Assembly (NCBI GenBank): GCA_963717965.1
Contig: CAVQXS010000003.1
Coordinates: 6,896-70,895 of the forward strand
Source of the DNA: an uncultured Thermoleophilia bacterium
GTDB lineage: Bacteria > Actinomycetota > Thermoleophilia > UBA2241
DNA length: 64,000 bases
Reading direction: 5' to 3'
The position numbers and the translations under genes were made by a program. Under the pieces are notes generated by a model. That model was not told the DNA's origin, did no database searches, and worked only from the letters and a program-made list of their open reading frames with translations. Shown one piece after another: positions 1-8,832 of this stretch (the first letter of the stretch is position 1; every line of letters begins with the position of its first letter).

Positions 1-403
1 AGTCGCGGCGGTTGAGCCGATAGCACAACTGGTGCCAGCAGGACCTCCAGGTACGTGGCGCTTGCGCCGAGGAAGACGTCGAATTGTCAACGTGGCGTCG
101 GAGGGTGGTGATGTGGACCGACGAGCAACAGCCCGCCGGCAATGATCGGCGCCCCGCCCGGCGCTTCGCCGGCCGTCTGGGGGAGCTGCCAGGCTGGACC
201 GTCGCGCCAACGGCTGGGCCAGAACGCGGCGCCAGCGGCCTGGGCGTCCGCTCGTCTGACCATGCGACCCGTGTCGAGTGCTGTACAGCAAGTCCGCGGT
301 CTTTCGGAGCTCTGGCATGCTACGCTCTCAAGTGACCCGATGCACCGCGAACCGACGGACCTGATGGCCGGATGCGCTGTTGCGCCCCCCGCTTCAGCGC
401 CTC

Positions 404-1606
404 ATGAGCGGGGCCACTGAGCTTCGACCCGCATCACGTGCCACGCTGTTCGCACTGTCTCTGGGGCACAGCTGCGCCGACCTCTGCTCAGGCGCGCTGT
501 TCGCCTTGCTGCCCTTCTTGGTGGTGGAACGACACTACAGCTACGCAGCCGTCGGCGTGTTCGCGCTTGCAGCGGGTCTGGCCCATGCCCTAGTACAGCC
601 CCTCGCCGGAGCCCACGGCGATCGCGGGGAGGCGCGCTGGCTGCTGTCGTTCGGTCTCGTCCTCGCTGGTCTGGGGATCGCCGCCGTGGGTGTGATGACC
701 AGTTACCCCCTCACGCTCCTAGCCGTCGCGGCGTGCACCACAGGAGTCGCAATCTATCACCCTGAAGGCGCCCGCTGGGCGCGGCGAGCCGCTGGCGGCC
801 GCGTGACCGCGAACATGAGCGTCTTCTCTCTGGGCGGCCCGGTGGGGTATGCTCTCGGCCCCTTGCTGGTGGCTGCGGTACTCTCCCCCTTGGGTCTGAA
901 GGGGACCGTGGTCATCGCGCTCGTTCCCTTCGCGGCCGCTGGCGCCGTGACGGTGGCCCTGCGGCGTTTCCGCAAGCGGCCCTTGATCCAGCACGGGCCA
1001 CGCCAGCAGGTGCAACTGCTCGACCCGGAGTGGTGGCCATTCTCTTGCCTGGTGGCGATGTTCGCGGTCGTCAGCGGAGTCACCACCGGACTGCTTAGCT
1101 TCGTGCCCCTGTACCTGATCGAAGCCCGGAACGCGAGCCCTGCGGCAGGCAATGTCATGGCGAGCCTACTGCTCGCCGCCGCAGTAGGCGGCACGCTGCT
1201 AGGCGGCATTGCTGCCCAGCGTTTTGGACGTCGCCTCGTGCTGCTCGCTCCGCAGTTCGTGCTGGTGCCGGCGATCGCACTCGTGCCCAGCGTGGGCTAC
1301 GCGGCCATGGTCCCCTTGCTCATCATCATCGGGATCGCCATGAACGCGAACGTCAGTGTTGCGCTTGTGCTAGCGCAGGAATATCTCCCGGCACGCATGG
1401 GTCTCGCTTCCGGGCTCTTGGTCGGCCTCTGCAGCGGGGTCGGCGGTCTCATCGTGGTCGCGCTCGGGCTGCTCGGCGACGCAGCGGGGTCGGCCTCGGT
1501 CATCTATGCGACTGCGGCGATGCCGGTCGTAGTAGCGGCATTTGCGTCCCTGCTGCCGCGACCGGCGGCCGCTCCGCCCGAGACCGTCTGGAGCCTGCGG
1601 GTTTGA
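404..1606 (+). CDS. MFS transporter (substrate unknown)
   Basis: ORF 380..1606 (TTG at 380, first ATG at 404). The translation is almost entirely hydrophobic helices with short R/K loops (about 12 TM), e.g. LFALLPFLVVERHYSYAAVGVFALAAGL. This is a major-facilitator layout. Confidence 0.8.
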   Translation: MSGATELRPASRATLFALSLGHSCADLCSGALFALLPFLVVERHYSYAAVGVFALAAGLAHALVQPLAGAHGDRGEARWLLSFGLVLAGLGIAAVGVMTSYPLTLLAVAACTTGVAIYHPEGARWARRAAGGRVTANMSVFSLGGPVGYALGPLLVAAVLSPLGLKGTVVIALVPFAAAGAVTVALRRFRKRPLIQHGPRQQVQLLDPEWWPFSCLVAMFAVVSGVTTGLLSFVPLYLIEARNASPAAGNVMASLLLAAAVGGTLLGGIAAQRFGRRLVLLAPQFVLVPAIALVPSVGYAAMVPLLIIIGIAMNANVSVALVLAQEYLPARMGLASGLLVGLCSGVGGLIVVALGLLGDAAGSASVIYATAAMPVVVAAFASLLPRPAAAPPETVWSLRV

Positions 1607-1652
1607 GTCGAGAACTGAAGGGCGCCGACCGGATGCCAAGCCGATTCGACGA

Positions 1653-2366
1653 GGCGACGAGGCCGGGCGCCGTCAGCGTGTCGACGCCGCGCAGGCAGCG
1701 CAGGCGACCGACAAGCGCACGCAGCTCCTCATGCTCGGCCCACTCCGCAATCCGGCCCTCGAGCGCCTCGATGCGACGATCGGCGAGGTCGCAGGCCAGC
1801 AGGTAGTCGTCGAAGGCCGCCTGCTGGGCGGGGTGCTCGAAGGCCTGCCTGCCGAGCCACTGCCTCCTCTCGAGGCTCCAGCTTGCGCCGGCCGCGCGGC
1901 GGCCGCAGCGCAGCAGCAGCTTGGTGAGCCGCTGCCGGGCGCGGCCGCGGTCGATGCGGGCGTCCTCGCGGGCGCGCAGCAGGTCGCGCACCGCCTCCTG
2001 CTCGGGGCTCGGCACCCAGACCGGGGTCAGCATGCCGCCCTGGTAGAGCAGGGCGAGCTTGCGGGCGTCGCGCCGGTCGGTCTTGACCCGGTTGCCAACG
2101 CACTTCGGCACGAGCCCCGGGGCGACGACGTCGCACTCCAGGCCGGCCTTGCGCAAGTGTCTCGCCAGGCCGAACCCGCTCGGTCCCGCCTCGTGGCAGG
2201 CTCGCGCGACGCCGCAGCGTCGCAGCTCACGGCAGACCAGCTCGGCGTCGTGCGGCAAACGGGCCTCGGCAAGCAGCTCGTCGCCGTGCACCACCGCCAC
2301 GCTGACCGAGGCGGCATGAACGTCGAGCCCTGCCACCGGCAGGGAGCACCCCGTAGAATGGGACAT
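1653..2366 (-). pseudogene. IS110-family transposase, 3'-truncated remnant
   Basis: Lies in ORF 1500..2486 (minus). ATG at 2366 is preceded by GGAGG (2375-2379). The N-terminal DEDD module is intact (VAGLDVHAASVSVAVV, CHEAGPSGFGLARHLRKAGLECDVVAP, VKTDRRDARKLALL). The C-terminal HhH module stops after LRGVDTLTAPGLVA. The last ~50 codons are Arg/Pro/Ser-rich, non-family sequence running into the MFS 3' end. Confidence 0.75.
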
Positions 2367-2851
2367 GGTCGGTACCTCCGAAACGTGTATTGCGGAAAGG
2401 CCCTTCGGCAACCCGCGACGCCACACGCCGCAGGTGCCGACCACATCCATGATGTCTAGAGCGCTGGGCCAAGGAGCGCGGCGCACTGGAGTTTCTGCAA
2501 TTGCCCTTTGAGGCGTGAGCCCCAGTCATCATGAAAGGCTCGACCGTATACCTATGAGTTGACGCACCTCCCCGGTCCTTCGTGGGAGAGCCCGGGGGTC
2601 TCGACCCTCAGTCGGCCAGTGCAGCTCTGAGTCCCGCGTCGATCTTCGCGGCGGCACCCTCCTGCGGCGCGTGTCACGTGGCTGACACCCGAGTCTGCAA
2701 GCATTCTGCAACCCAAATGCCCGGTCCGCGATTGCCTTCGTTGGGATGCGTTGGGAAGGGGTGCGCTGATTTTCCCTGGAAATGGCCACAGTTCTTGTGA
2801 CTGCCTGTGACCAGACGCACCTCTCTGGTCCCTATCGGCAGGTTCCCGGGG

Positions 2852-2899
2852 CGCCCTCTCACGGCGGTAACACGGGTTCGAATCCCGTATGCGCTACCA
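2852..2899 (+). other. tRNA-Glu(CUC)-like 3' fragment (anticodon arm, T-arm, CCA); no 5' half
   Basis: CGCCCTCTCACGGCGGTAACACGGGTTCGAATCCCGT is near-identical to the anticodon-stem to T-arm segment of bacterial tRNA-Glu (E. coli: CGCCCUUUCACGGCGGUAACAGGGGUUCGAAUCCCCU). It is followed by ATGCGCT-A-CCA. No complementary 5' acceptor strand or D-arm is found in the 80 nt upstream. Confidence 0.6.
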
Positions 2900-3001
2900 C
2901 CTCATTTGCAGGGGTTCTTCCTGCTCTGACTTCCCCAAACGGTGGCGTGCGCCGTCTGCGGGTCTACTATGGCTGAAGGTGGGCCTTCTCAGGGGGGCGG
3001 C

Positions 3002-4672
3002 ATGACACTCGCTCGGACACCGCTCGCGTCCCTTGCCGCGCTGGCCGCGGTCTTGATCCTGCTGGTCACGACCGCCGGCTGCGGTGACGTGAGCCGCGCG
3101 GCAGGTCAAGAGCCTACCCCCGTCCCCGGTGGCACCTACGTCGTTCCACTGCAGTGGGACCCGCCTTCCATCGAGCCTCTGAACACCTACGACTCGGAAA
3201 GCGTCATGGTCAACAACCAGGTCTTTCAGGGCCTGGTGCGCTGGGAGACCGGGAGCGACGGCATCGTCCGGGGGGTGCCCGGTCTCGCCGAGAGCTGGAG
3301 CGCGAGCGACGACGCCACCGTCTGGACGTTCAGGCTGAAGAAGGGCGTCAGGTTCCAGCCGCCGGTCGGCCGCGAGGTGACGGCGCGCGATGTCGTCGCC
3401 GACTGGAACTACGTGACGGACCCGGCGAACGAGTCGGCCGTGCAGTACACGCTGGGGGCCATCCGGGGGGCCGACGCGACCGGGTACGCCGCCAAGGGCC
3501 TGACCGGGCTGAAGGCACTCGACCGGTACACCCTGCAGGTCACCTTGAAGTTCCCGTTCGCCGACTTCCCCCTGTTGCTCGGTCAGCCCGGGACGCGCGT
3601 CTGGCCGGTCGACTACATGAGGAAGGTCGGTCGGGAGGCCTTCCGCAAGAGACCGGTCGGCACGGGGCCGTACATGGTCGACCGCTGGGTCCACGGCGAG
3701 TACATCGACCTCGTGAAGAACCCCGACTACTGGGACCCGGAGCACGCGGGCCACGTCGACAGGATCCACCTGCCGATCATGGACGTCACGACCCAGTGGG
3801 AGGAGTTCCAGAAGGGGACCATCGACTTCGCCGCCGTCCCGCCGGAGCAGGTGGCGGCGGCGCAGGACCACGCCAAGGTCCGGGACGGTACGTGGCAGGC
3901 GCGAGCGTGGCCGACGTTGTGCCTCATCGCGGTCGGGATGAGCCAGAAGAGCCCCCTTGTCGGCGGCCCCCCGAACCTCCCACTCCGTCAGGCCCTGAGC
4001 TACGCCGTCGACCGTGCGGCGGTGATCGCTGCCAAGGACGCCGTCAGTACCCCAGCCACGGGGCTCGTCCCGGACGGCATCCTGCACGACGACGCCGGCG
4101 GCCTCGCCTATCCGCACGACGCGGAGAAGGCCAGACAGCTCGCCGCGGGGATCACTCCGCTTTCCGCCCTCCGCTACCTCTCGTTCGGGGTGTCGACCGA
4201 GTCGACCAAAGGCCTGGGCAGCAGCGACGACGCCCTCCTCGCAGGATGGAAGGCGGCCGGCATCGAGGTCGTGCGCAAGGGCTACGAGTTCAACTCGTGG
4301 ATGCGTGAGGTGAGCAAGGGGACGGAGGGGGACCTGTTCGTCACCGGCTGGGTCGCCGACTACCCCTCGCCCGACATCTTCCTCCACCTGCTCTTCCACA
4401 GCCGGTCGTCCGGAGCCGAGAGCCTGGCCACCTTCTACAAAGACTCGGAGGTCGACCGCCTGCTCGACGAAGCCCGGGGCACCCTGGACGAGGGACGGCG
4501 CCTCGACCTGTACGCGCAGGCCGAGAGGAAGATCCTCGCCGCCGCGCCCGTGATCCCCCTCTACTTCTGGCGCGCCTTCCGCGTCTCCAACAACCGGGTC
4601 CAGGGACAAGCCTACGACCCGACGGGGGTCATCGACATGTGGAAGGTGTGGGTGAGGCCGACGGGCGACTGA
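3002..4672 (+). CDS. ABC transporter substrate-binding lipoprotein, family 5 (peptide/nickel type), orphan
   Basis: ORF 2942..4672; ATG at 3002 gives the signal MTLARTPLASLAALAAVLILLVTTAGC (lipobox). SBP_bac_5-like body (ESWSASDDATVWTFRLKKGVRFQ, DLVKNPDYWD). No permease or ATPase genes are adjacent. Confidence 0.85.
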   Translation: MTLARTPLASLAALAAVLILLVTTAGCGDVSRAAGQEPTPVPGGTYVVPLQWDPPSIEPLNTYDSESVMVNNQVFQGLVRWETGSDGIVRGVPGLAESWSASDDATVWTFRLKKGVRFQPPVGREVTARDVVADWNYVTDPANESAVQYTLGAIRGADATGYAAKGLTGLKALDRYTLQVTLKFPFADFPLLLGQPGTRVWPVDYMRKVGREAFRKRPVGTGPYMVDRWVHGEYIDLVKNPDYWDPEHAGHVDRIHLPIMDVTTQWEEFQKGTIDFAAVPPEQVAAAQDHAKVRDGTWQARAWPTLCLIAVGMSQKSPLVGGPPNLPLRQALSYAVDRAAVIAAKDAVSTPATGLVPDGILHDDAGGLAYPHDAEKARQLAAGITPLSALRYLSFGVSTESTKGLGSSDDALLAGWKAAGIEVVRKGYEFNSWMREVSKGTEGDLFVTGWVADYPSPDIFLHLLFHSRSSGAESLATFYKDSEVDRLLDEARGTLDEGRRLDLYAQAERKILAAAPVIPLYFWRAFRVSNNRVQGQAYDPTGVIDMWKVWVRPTGD

Positions 4673-4726
4673 TCCTCTCGCCGTCGCCGCGCATCTCAAG
4701 GACAGGCGAAGCGAGGAGCTGCAGCA

Positions 4727-5404
4727 GTGGCGCTGCCGGCGAGCATCGAGTGCGACCGCCGGCCGACCTGGTGGCCGGGGGCGGCCGCCACCTCTGGGGG
4801 TACGGTGGGCGACAGGTGGCGTGAGATAGACCCCTTCACGCTGGACGCCGCCCAGCACGGTGACCGCGCGGCGTTCGACGCGATCGTCGACCTCTACGAC
4901 GAACGTCTGCGTCTGCTGGCCTTCCACCTGCTGCGCGACGCCGACCTGGCGGACGACGCCCTGCAGGACACCTTCTTCAACGCGTACCGCGGCCTGCCGG
5001 CGTTCCACCGCCGTTCGTCGCTCGGCACGTGGCTCTACCGCATCACCTACACGGTGTGCATGGGCTACCTGCGGCGGGCGCACGGAGGCGGCGTCAGCTA
5101 CGAGGAGGCGGAGGAGGCCATCGGGGCGGGCTCCGACCCGGCCGACGCCTACGTCACCCACAGTGAGCTGACGGCGGCCCTGGCGTGTCTGAGCCCCGAG
5201 CAGCGCGTGGTCGTGCTGCTCGTCGACCGCGACGGCTTCGATTACCGCTCCGTCGCCGAGGTGCTCGACGTCCCGAAGGGGACGGTCTGCTCCCGCCTGG
5301 TCGCGGCACGGGCGACCCTCCGCGGGGCGCTGACCGCGGCGCAGACCCTGCCCCAGACACAGCGATCGAACCCCTCGTCACCGGCCGTCGAGGAGAGGGC
5401 ATGA
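4727..5404 (+). CDS. ECF-type RNA polymerase sigma-70 family factor
   Basis: Region 2 (FDAIVDLYDERLRLLAFHLLRDADLADDALQDTFFNAYRGL) and region 4 HTH (LSPEQRVVVLLVDRDGFDYRSVAEVLDVPKGTVCSRLVAARATLR). The start is uncertain: GTG 4727 or GTG 4805. Confidence 0.85.
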   Translation: MALPASIECDRRPTWWPGAAATSGGTVGDRWREIDPFTLDAAQHGDRAAFDAIVDLYDERLRLLAFHLLRDADLADDALQDTFFNAYRGLPAFHRRSSLGTWLYRITYTVCMGYLRRAHGGGVSYEEAEEAIGAGSDPADAYVTHSELTAALACLSPEQRVVVLLVDRDGFDYRSVAEVLDVPKGTVCSRLVAARATLRGALTAAQTLPQTQRSNPSSPAVEERA

Positions 5405-7597
5405 ACGACAGGCCGGAACGCGACCAAGCTCTGGAACGCCTGCTGGGGTCGCTCGAGGCGCCGGCGGACAAGGGGCACGTCCACGAGCGGCTCTGGGAGA
5501 GGATCGACGCCGCGGAGGCCATGCCCGTCACGCGACCCACGCGACGCCGGCCGTTCCGGAGGCCGCGGCTCGCCGCCGTGGCACTCGCCGCGGCCGCCGT
5601 CGCGGTGTGGGTCGCGGTCTCGCTCGTCGGCTGGCCTTCGAGCCGGGACGCGGGGCTGGTCGTGGGTCCGCCCCCAGCGGTGGCCCAGGTCATCCAGAAC
5701 GTCAGGCTGCGCCTTGACTCCTGCCGCTCCCTGAGCGCGATCTTCACCTACCAGCGGACCGGCGCCACTCCCTTCCGGGCACGCGTCCTCGTCGCCAGCG
5801 ACGGTCGCGTGCGGACGGCGGCGATCGCCGAACCGGATGGCTCCTGGCGGCTCCCGCCCGTGAGCGCGACGCTCTCGGACACGCCGGGGCTTCACATCGA
5901 GGTCAGCAGCCTGCCCGACGGGACGCGGACGGAGGCGTGGAACTCCGAGATTGGTCTGACCGTCGCACGCACCGTCAACCTCGCGCCCGGGCCGCCGGAC
6001 GCCTTGGGAAGCGGCCTCTTCCCCATGGAGTACACCGGGCAGATGAGCGCCCTGGCCATCGCCGGCGCGAAGGTGTCCTCCTCGACCTACGAGGGCCGGC
6101 GCGTGCTCGTCGTGAGCGCCCCCGCCGGCCGAACCTCGGCGCGTCGCTCTGAGGAGACACCGTCATCGTCACCGCGCTTCGACGAGGTCTCCATGATCGT
6201 CGACCGAGCCACCTGGCTGCCGGTCCGCGTCGTCCGCACCTACAGGGGAACGGTGGTGGAGAGCTGGGGACTGCGCGACGTGCACCTCGACGCGCCGCTC
6301 CTCGCCTCGGACTTCTCCGTCCAGCTCCCCAGCAGCGCCGAGCTCATCACGGGTAGAGACGAGGGATTCCGTCGCCTCTCCCTGGGGAAGGCGAGCGCCG
6401 CCGTCCACGGGCGTCTCTTCGTACCCGTCACGTTGCCCGACGGTTTCGCCCTTTCGCTGTCCACTGTCAGGACCCCGGAGCGCACGCTCCAGAAGCCGTG
6501 GCTCTCCAACGAGTCGACTGTGGCGTCGCTGGTCTACCGGAAGGGTTTTCGCAGCATCGTCGTCACCACGCGCTCCTTCGCCGGCGACCTCCCTCAGCAA
6601 GTGAGCGACCCGTTCCTCCGGTCCCCGTCGCGGGGGACGGCCAAGGCGGATCGGGTCGTCCTGACCGCCGGCGGCCTGGCGGGCGCGACTGCCCGTCTGA
6701 GCGTCCGCCCCCTCGAGTTGCCGCGACTCTGGGCGCTTCAGGAAGGCCTGCTCGTGACTGTGGCTGGTGACGTCGCGCGACGTGACCTCCTGGCCGTCGC
6801 CGAGTCGCTGGAGATGTACAGCGTGTGGCGGACGCAGGGGGTCTTCCGCGCCTACGCCGAGGCCACGAAGTCCTACGACGTGAGCGCATTGAGCGATCTC
6901 TATGCCCGCGGGGTCCGGATCGACTCGACCGTCTACTCCCCGCAAGACATGAAGGACGCATTGATCCGCAACAGCGAGATGACGGACTACCTCGTCTCCG
7001 GAGACACCGTCTCGACCTTCGTCGGCCGAGGGGCGGCGCTGTGGGAGGCCTGGCCGGGCGACTACGTCAGCGTCGGCGGGTGGTACACCCCCGAGGCGGT
7101 CGCCGAGGTGGTCACGGTGCGCGGCGAGAGAATCGCGCGTGAGGAGTTCTTCTGGGTCGGGGGGCCGAGCCGCAGGGCCGGCGACGTGAGTCCACACCCC
7201 GTCCGGCTGCGCACGTCGCTCGGCCCCTCCGACACCTCCGTCGGTTGCCCGGCGCGTCGCCCTCGCCTACGTCGCGGGGCTGCGGGCCAAGGACGCGGGC
7301 AGGCTCGCAGGCATGAGCGCCCGGGACGTCTCGTTCCTCGACGTGGGCTACGGCGATCACGGCCGGCGCACGGCGCTGCTGCGCCGGTACGAGCGCATGT
7401 TCGCCTTCCCGGCCGACCTCCACTTCAGCCGCACGCGGGCGTTCTGGGGGCCCGGATGGGCGGTCGTCAGGTGGACGGTCGTCAGCGAGTCGCTCGGCTA
7501 CGAAGGAGCAACGGGCCTGACCGTCCTCGAGATCAGGGACGGCAAGGTCGCCCGCCAGACCCTGTACTGCGCGAAGGATCGCATGCCCTTCCGCTGA
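5401..7597 (+). CDS. Putative membrane anti-sigma factor with large extracytoplasmic region ending in two NTF2/SnoaL-like domains; frame break as assembled
   Basis: ATG 5401 overlaps the sigma stop (ATGA). There is one TM segment (LAAVALAAAAVAVWVAVSLVGW) and a LolA/DUF4367-like middle. The first SnoaL-like domain ends near 7190 in frame 1. The second continues in frame 2 (VARRVALAYVAGLRAKDAGRLAGMSARDVSFLD...) to the stop at 7597. Confidence 0.6.
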
Positions 7598-7753
7598 GCC
7601 GCTTCCGATTCATCCCCCTCTTCGGTGCATCCAAAGGGCATCGACGGTGAGTCCGGGGACTCGGGAGGGCCTATGGAGCAGTCGAGGAGGAGGCGCGCGC
7701 GGCCGGCAGGCCGGCGGGCGCCGCAGCCGCTTTTCTTCGAAAGGACCCGTGTC

Positions 7754-8492
7754 ATGAAGAAGCTTGTTCTGATCCTCGTGCTCGCCGCCGCCCTGCTGGG
7801 CCTGCTGGCGGCGCCGGCTCTCGCGACGACGCCCATTGCCGATTTCCGCCTCTCAGAGAAGACGGCGTACATCTTCGTCGTACGGGGACGGCTCCTGGTT
7901 TGAGGTCACCGACGTCGCCGACCCATTCTCGTTCGTCGGGCACTGGACGACCTACGACGACAACGACGGCAGCTTCATCGCCCCCGCCGACCCGATCCCC
8001 GCCGACTACGACATCGTCATGCAAGTGAGTATCAAGTTCATCCCCCGCGGCCAGGTCCAGAATCTGCCGAAGAAGTTCCTCATCAGCCTGAGCATCCCGG
8101 AAGCGGGCGCGGACCTCTCCTACCAGCAGTCGAAGGCCTACTGGAACCTGCACCTTTGGGACCAGTACTGGGTCGACGCCACCGGGCTCGCGATTCTGGG
8201 CTTCAACCCGAAGATCGGGGCCCAGCCCTACGCCGATACATGGCTGGCGCCGCTGACCGGCGAGAGTGGCCTCGCCGGCAACCTCACGGTCGAGAAGAAA
8301 CTCCCCCCCGGGACCTACACCGTGAACTACACGGAGCGCGTGATAAGACCGTTCACCACCCTTGAGGCCTACTACGATGACGAGGGCAATCCGGCGCCGC
8401 GGTTCTGGGAGTGGACTCACGCCAGGCCGTACACGAGCGACCTCATCGTGTTCTCCTTCACCGTGGCACCGCCCGTGAGCCCGGAACCTTGA
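7754..8492 (+). CDS. Secreted hypothetical protein; signal peptide and mature part lie in different frames as assembled
   Basis: ATG 7754 gives MKKLVLILVLAAALLGLLAAPALATTPIADF, then a stop at 7903. The mature-looking part (YGDGSWFEVTDVADPF...TVAPPVSPEP) is ORF 7836..8492 in another frame. A GGGG run lies at the junction. Confidence 0.55.
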
Positions 8493-8528
8493 TGCTGAAG
8501 GTGATGTTGTCGGCCCGCCCGACCTGCG

Positions 8529-8563
8529 CAGAGGCCCGCTGCCCGTGAGGGCGCGGGCCTCTG
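8529..8563. terminator. GC-rich hairpin between convergent genes (candidate bidirectional terminator)
   Basis: Perfect 11-bp inverted repeat CAGAGGCCCGC (8529-8539) / GCGGGCCTCTG (8553-8563) with a 13-nt loop. The palindrome GGTCATGG-GA-CCATGACC follows immediately. There is no U-tract. Confidence 0.45.
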
Positions 8564-8647
8564 GTCATGGGACCATGACCGGACGTCCGTCCGCGGCGAC
8601 GGTGCCGGGCTTCCGCGGTTCGGCGGCGGGGCGAGGAAGGAGAGGAA

Positions 8648-8723
8648 TGGCTGGCGAGGAAGGACTCGAACCTTCAATCCCCTGATCCAGAGTCAGGTGC
8701 CTTGCCAATTAGGCCACTCGCCA
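8648..8723 (-). tRNA. tRNA-Gln (anticodon CUG)
   Basis: Hand-folded cloverleaf: TGGCGAG-TG-GCCT-AATTGGCA-AGGC-A-CCTGA-CTCTGGA-TCAGG-GGATT-GAAGG-TTCGAGT-CCTTC-CTCGCCA-G-CCA (76 nt, encoded CCA). It has the U1:A72 pair typical of bacterial tRNA-Gln. Confidence 0.9.
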
Positions 8724-8832
8724 GCGCTGCCCGAAGGGCAGGCAGAGTGTACCGCGCGACGGCACCCTCCTCAAGCGTGAGGCGGGTGAGGAGCGGGGGG
8801 CAAGATGGGCCCGGCGCGGCCGGACCTCGCCA

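Noticed and set aside
84-420. ORFs 84..335 and 142..420 at the left edge.
   Set aside because: Their translations are Arg/Pro/Ala-rich with no domain signal, and they overlap each other and the MFS start region. This is most likely the promoter/leader region of the MFS gene.
2560-2899. A complete tRNA or a tmRNA ending at the T-arm/CCA at 2899.
   Set aside because: No 5' strand complementary to ATGCGCT exists within 80 nt (for a tRNA) or about 400 nt (for a tmRNA). There is no GGGG...GA tmRNA 5' end and no G3:U70 alanine identity pair. Only the 3' half of a tRNA-Glu-like sequence is present.
2894-5161. 755-aa ORF on the minus strand. Similar very long ORFs: 11209..13752(+), 17588..19732(-), 23596..25743(-), 32974..35082(-), 49213..51177(+), 52665..54413(-), 59072..60967(-).
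   Set aside because: Each lies antisense or out of frame to a gene with clear family motifs. Their translations are Arg/Ala/Gly/Pro/Asp-rich low-complexity strings, typical of stop-poor alternative frames in ~70% GC DNA. Only the last 97 codons of 17588..19732 (lipoprotein signal) and the last 39 codons of 11209..13752 look real.
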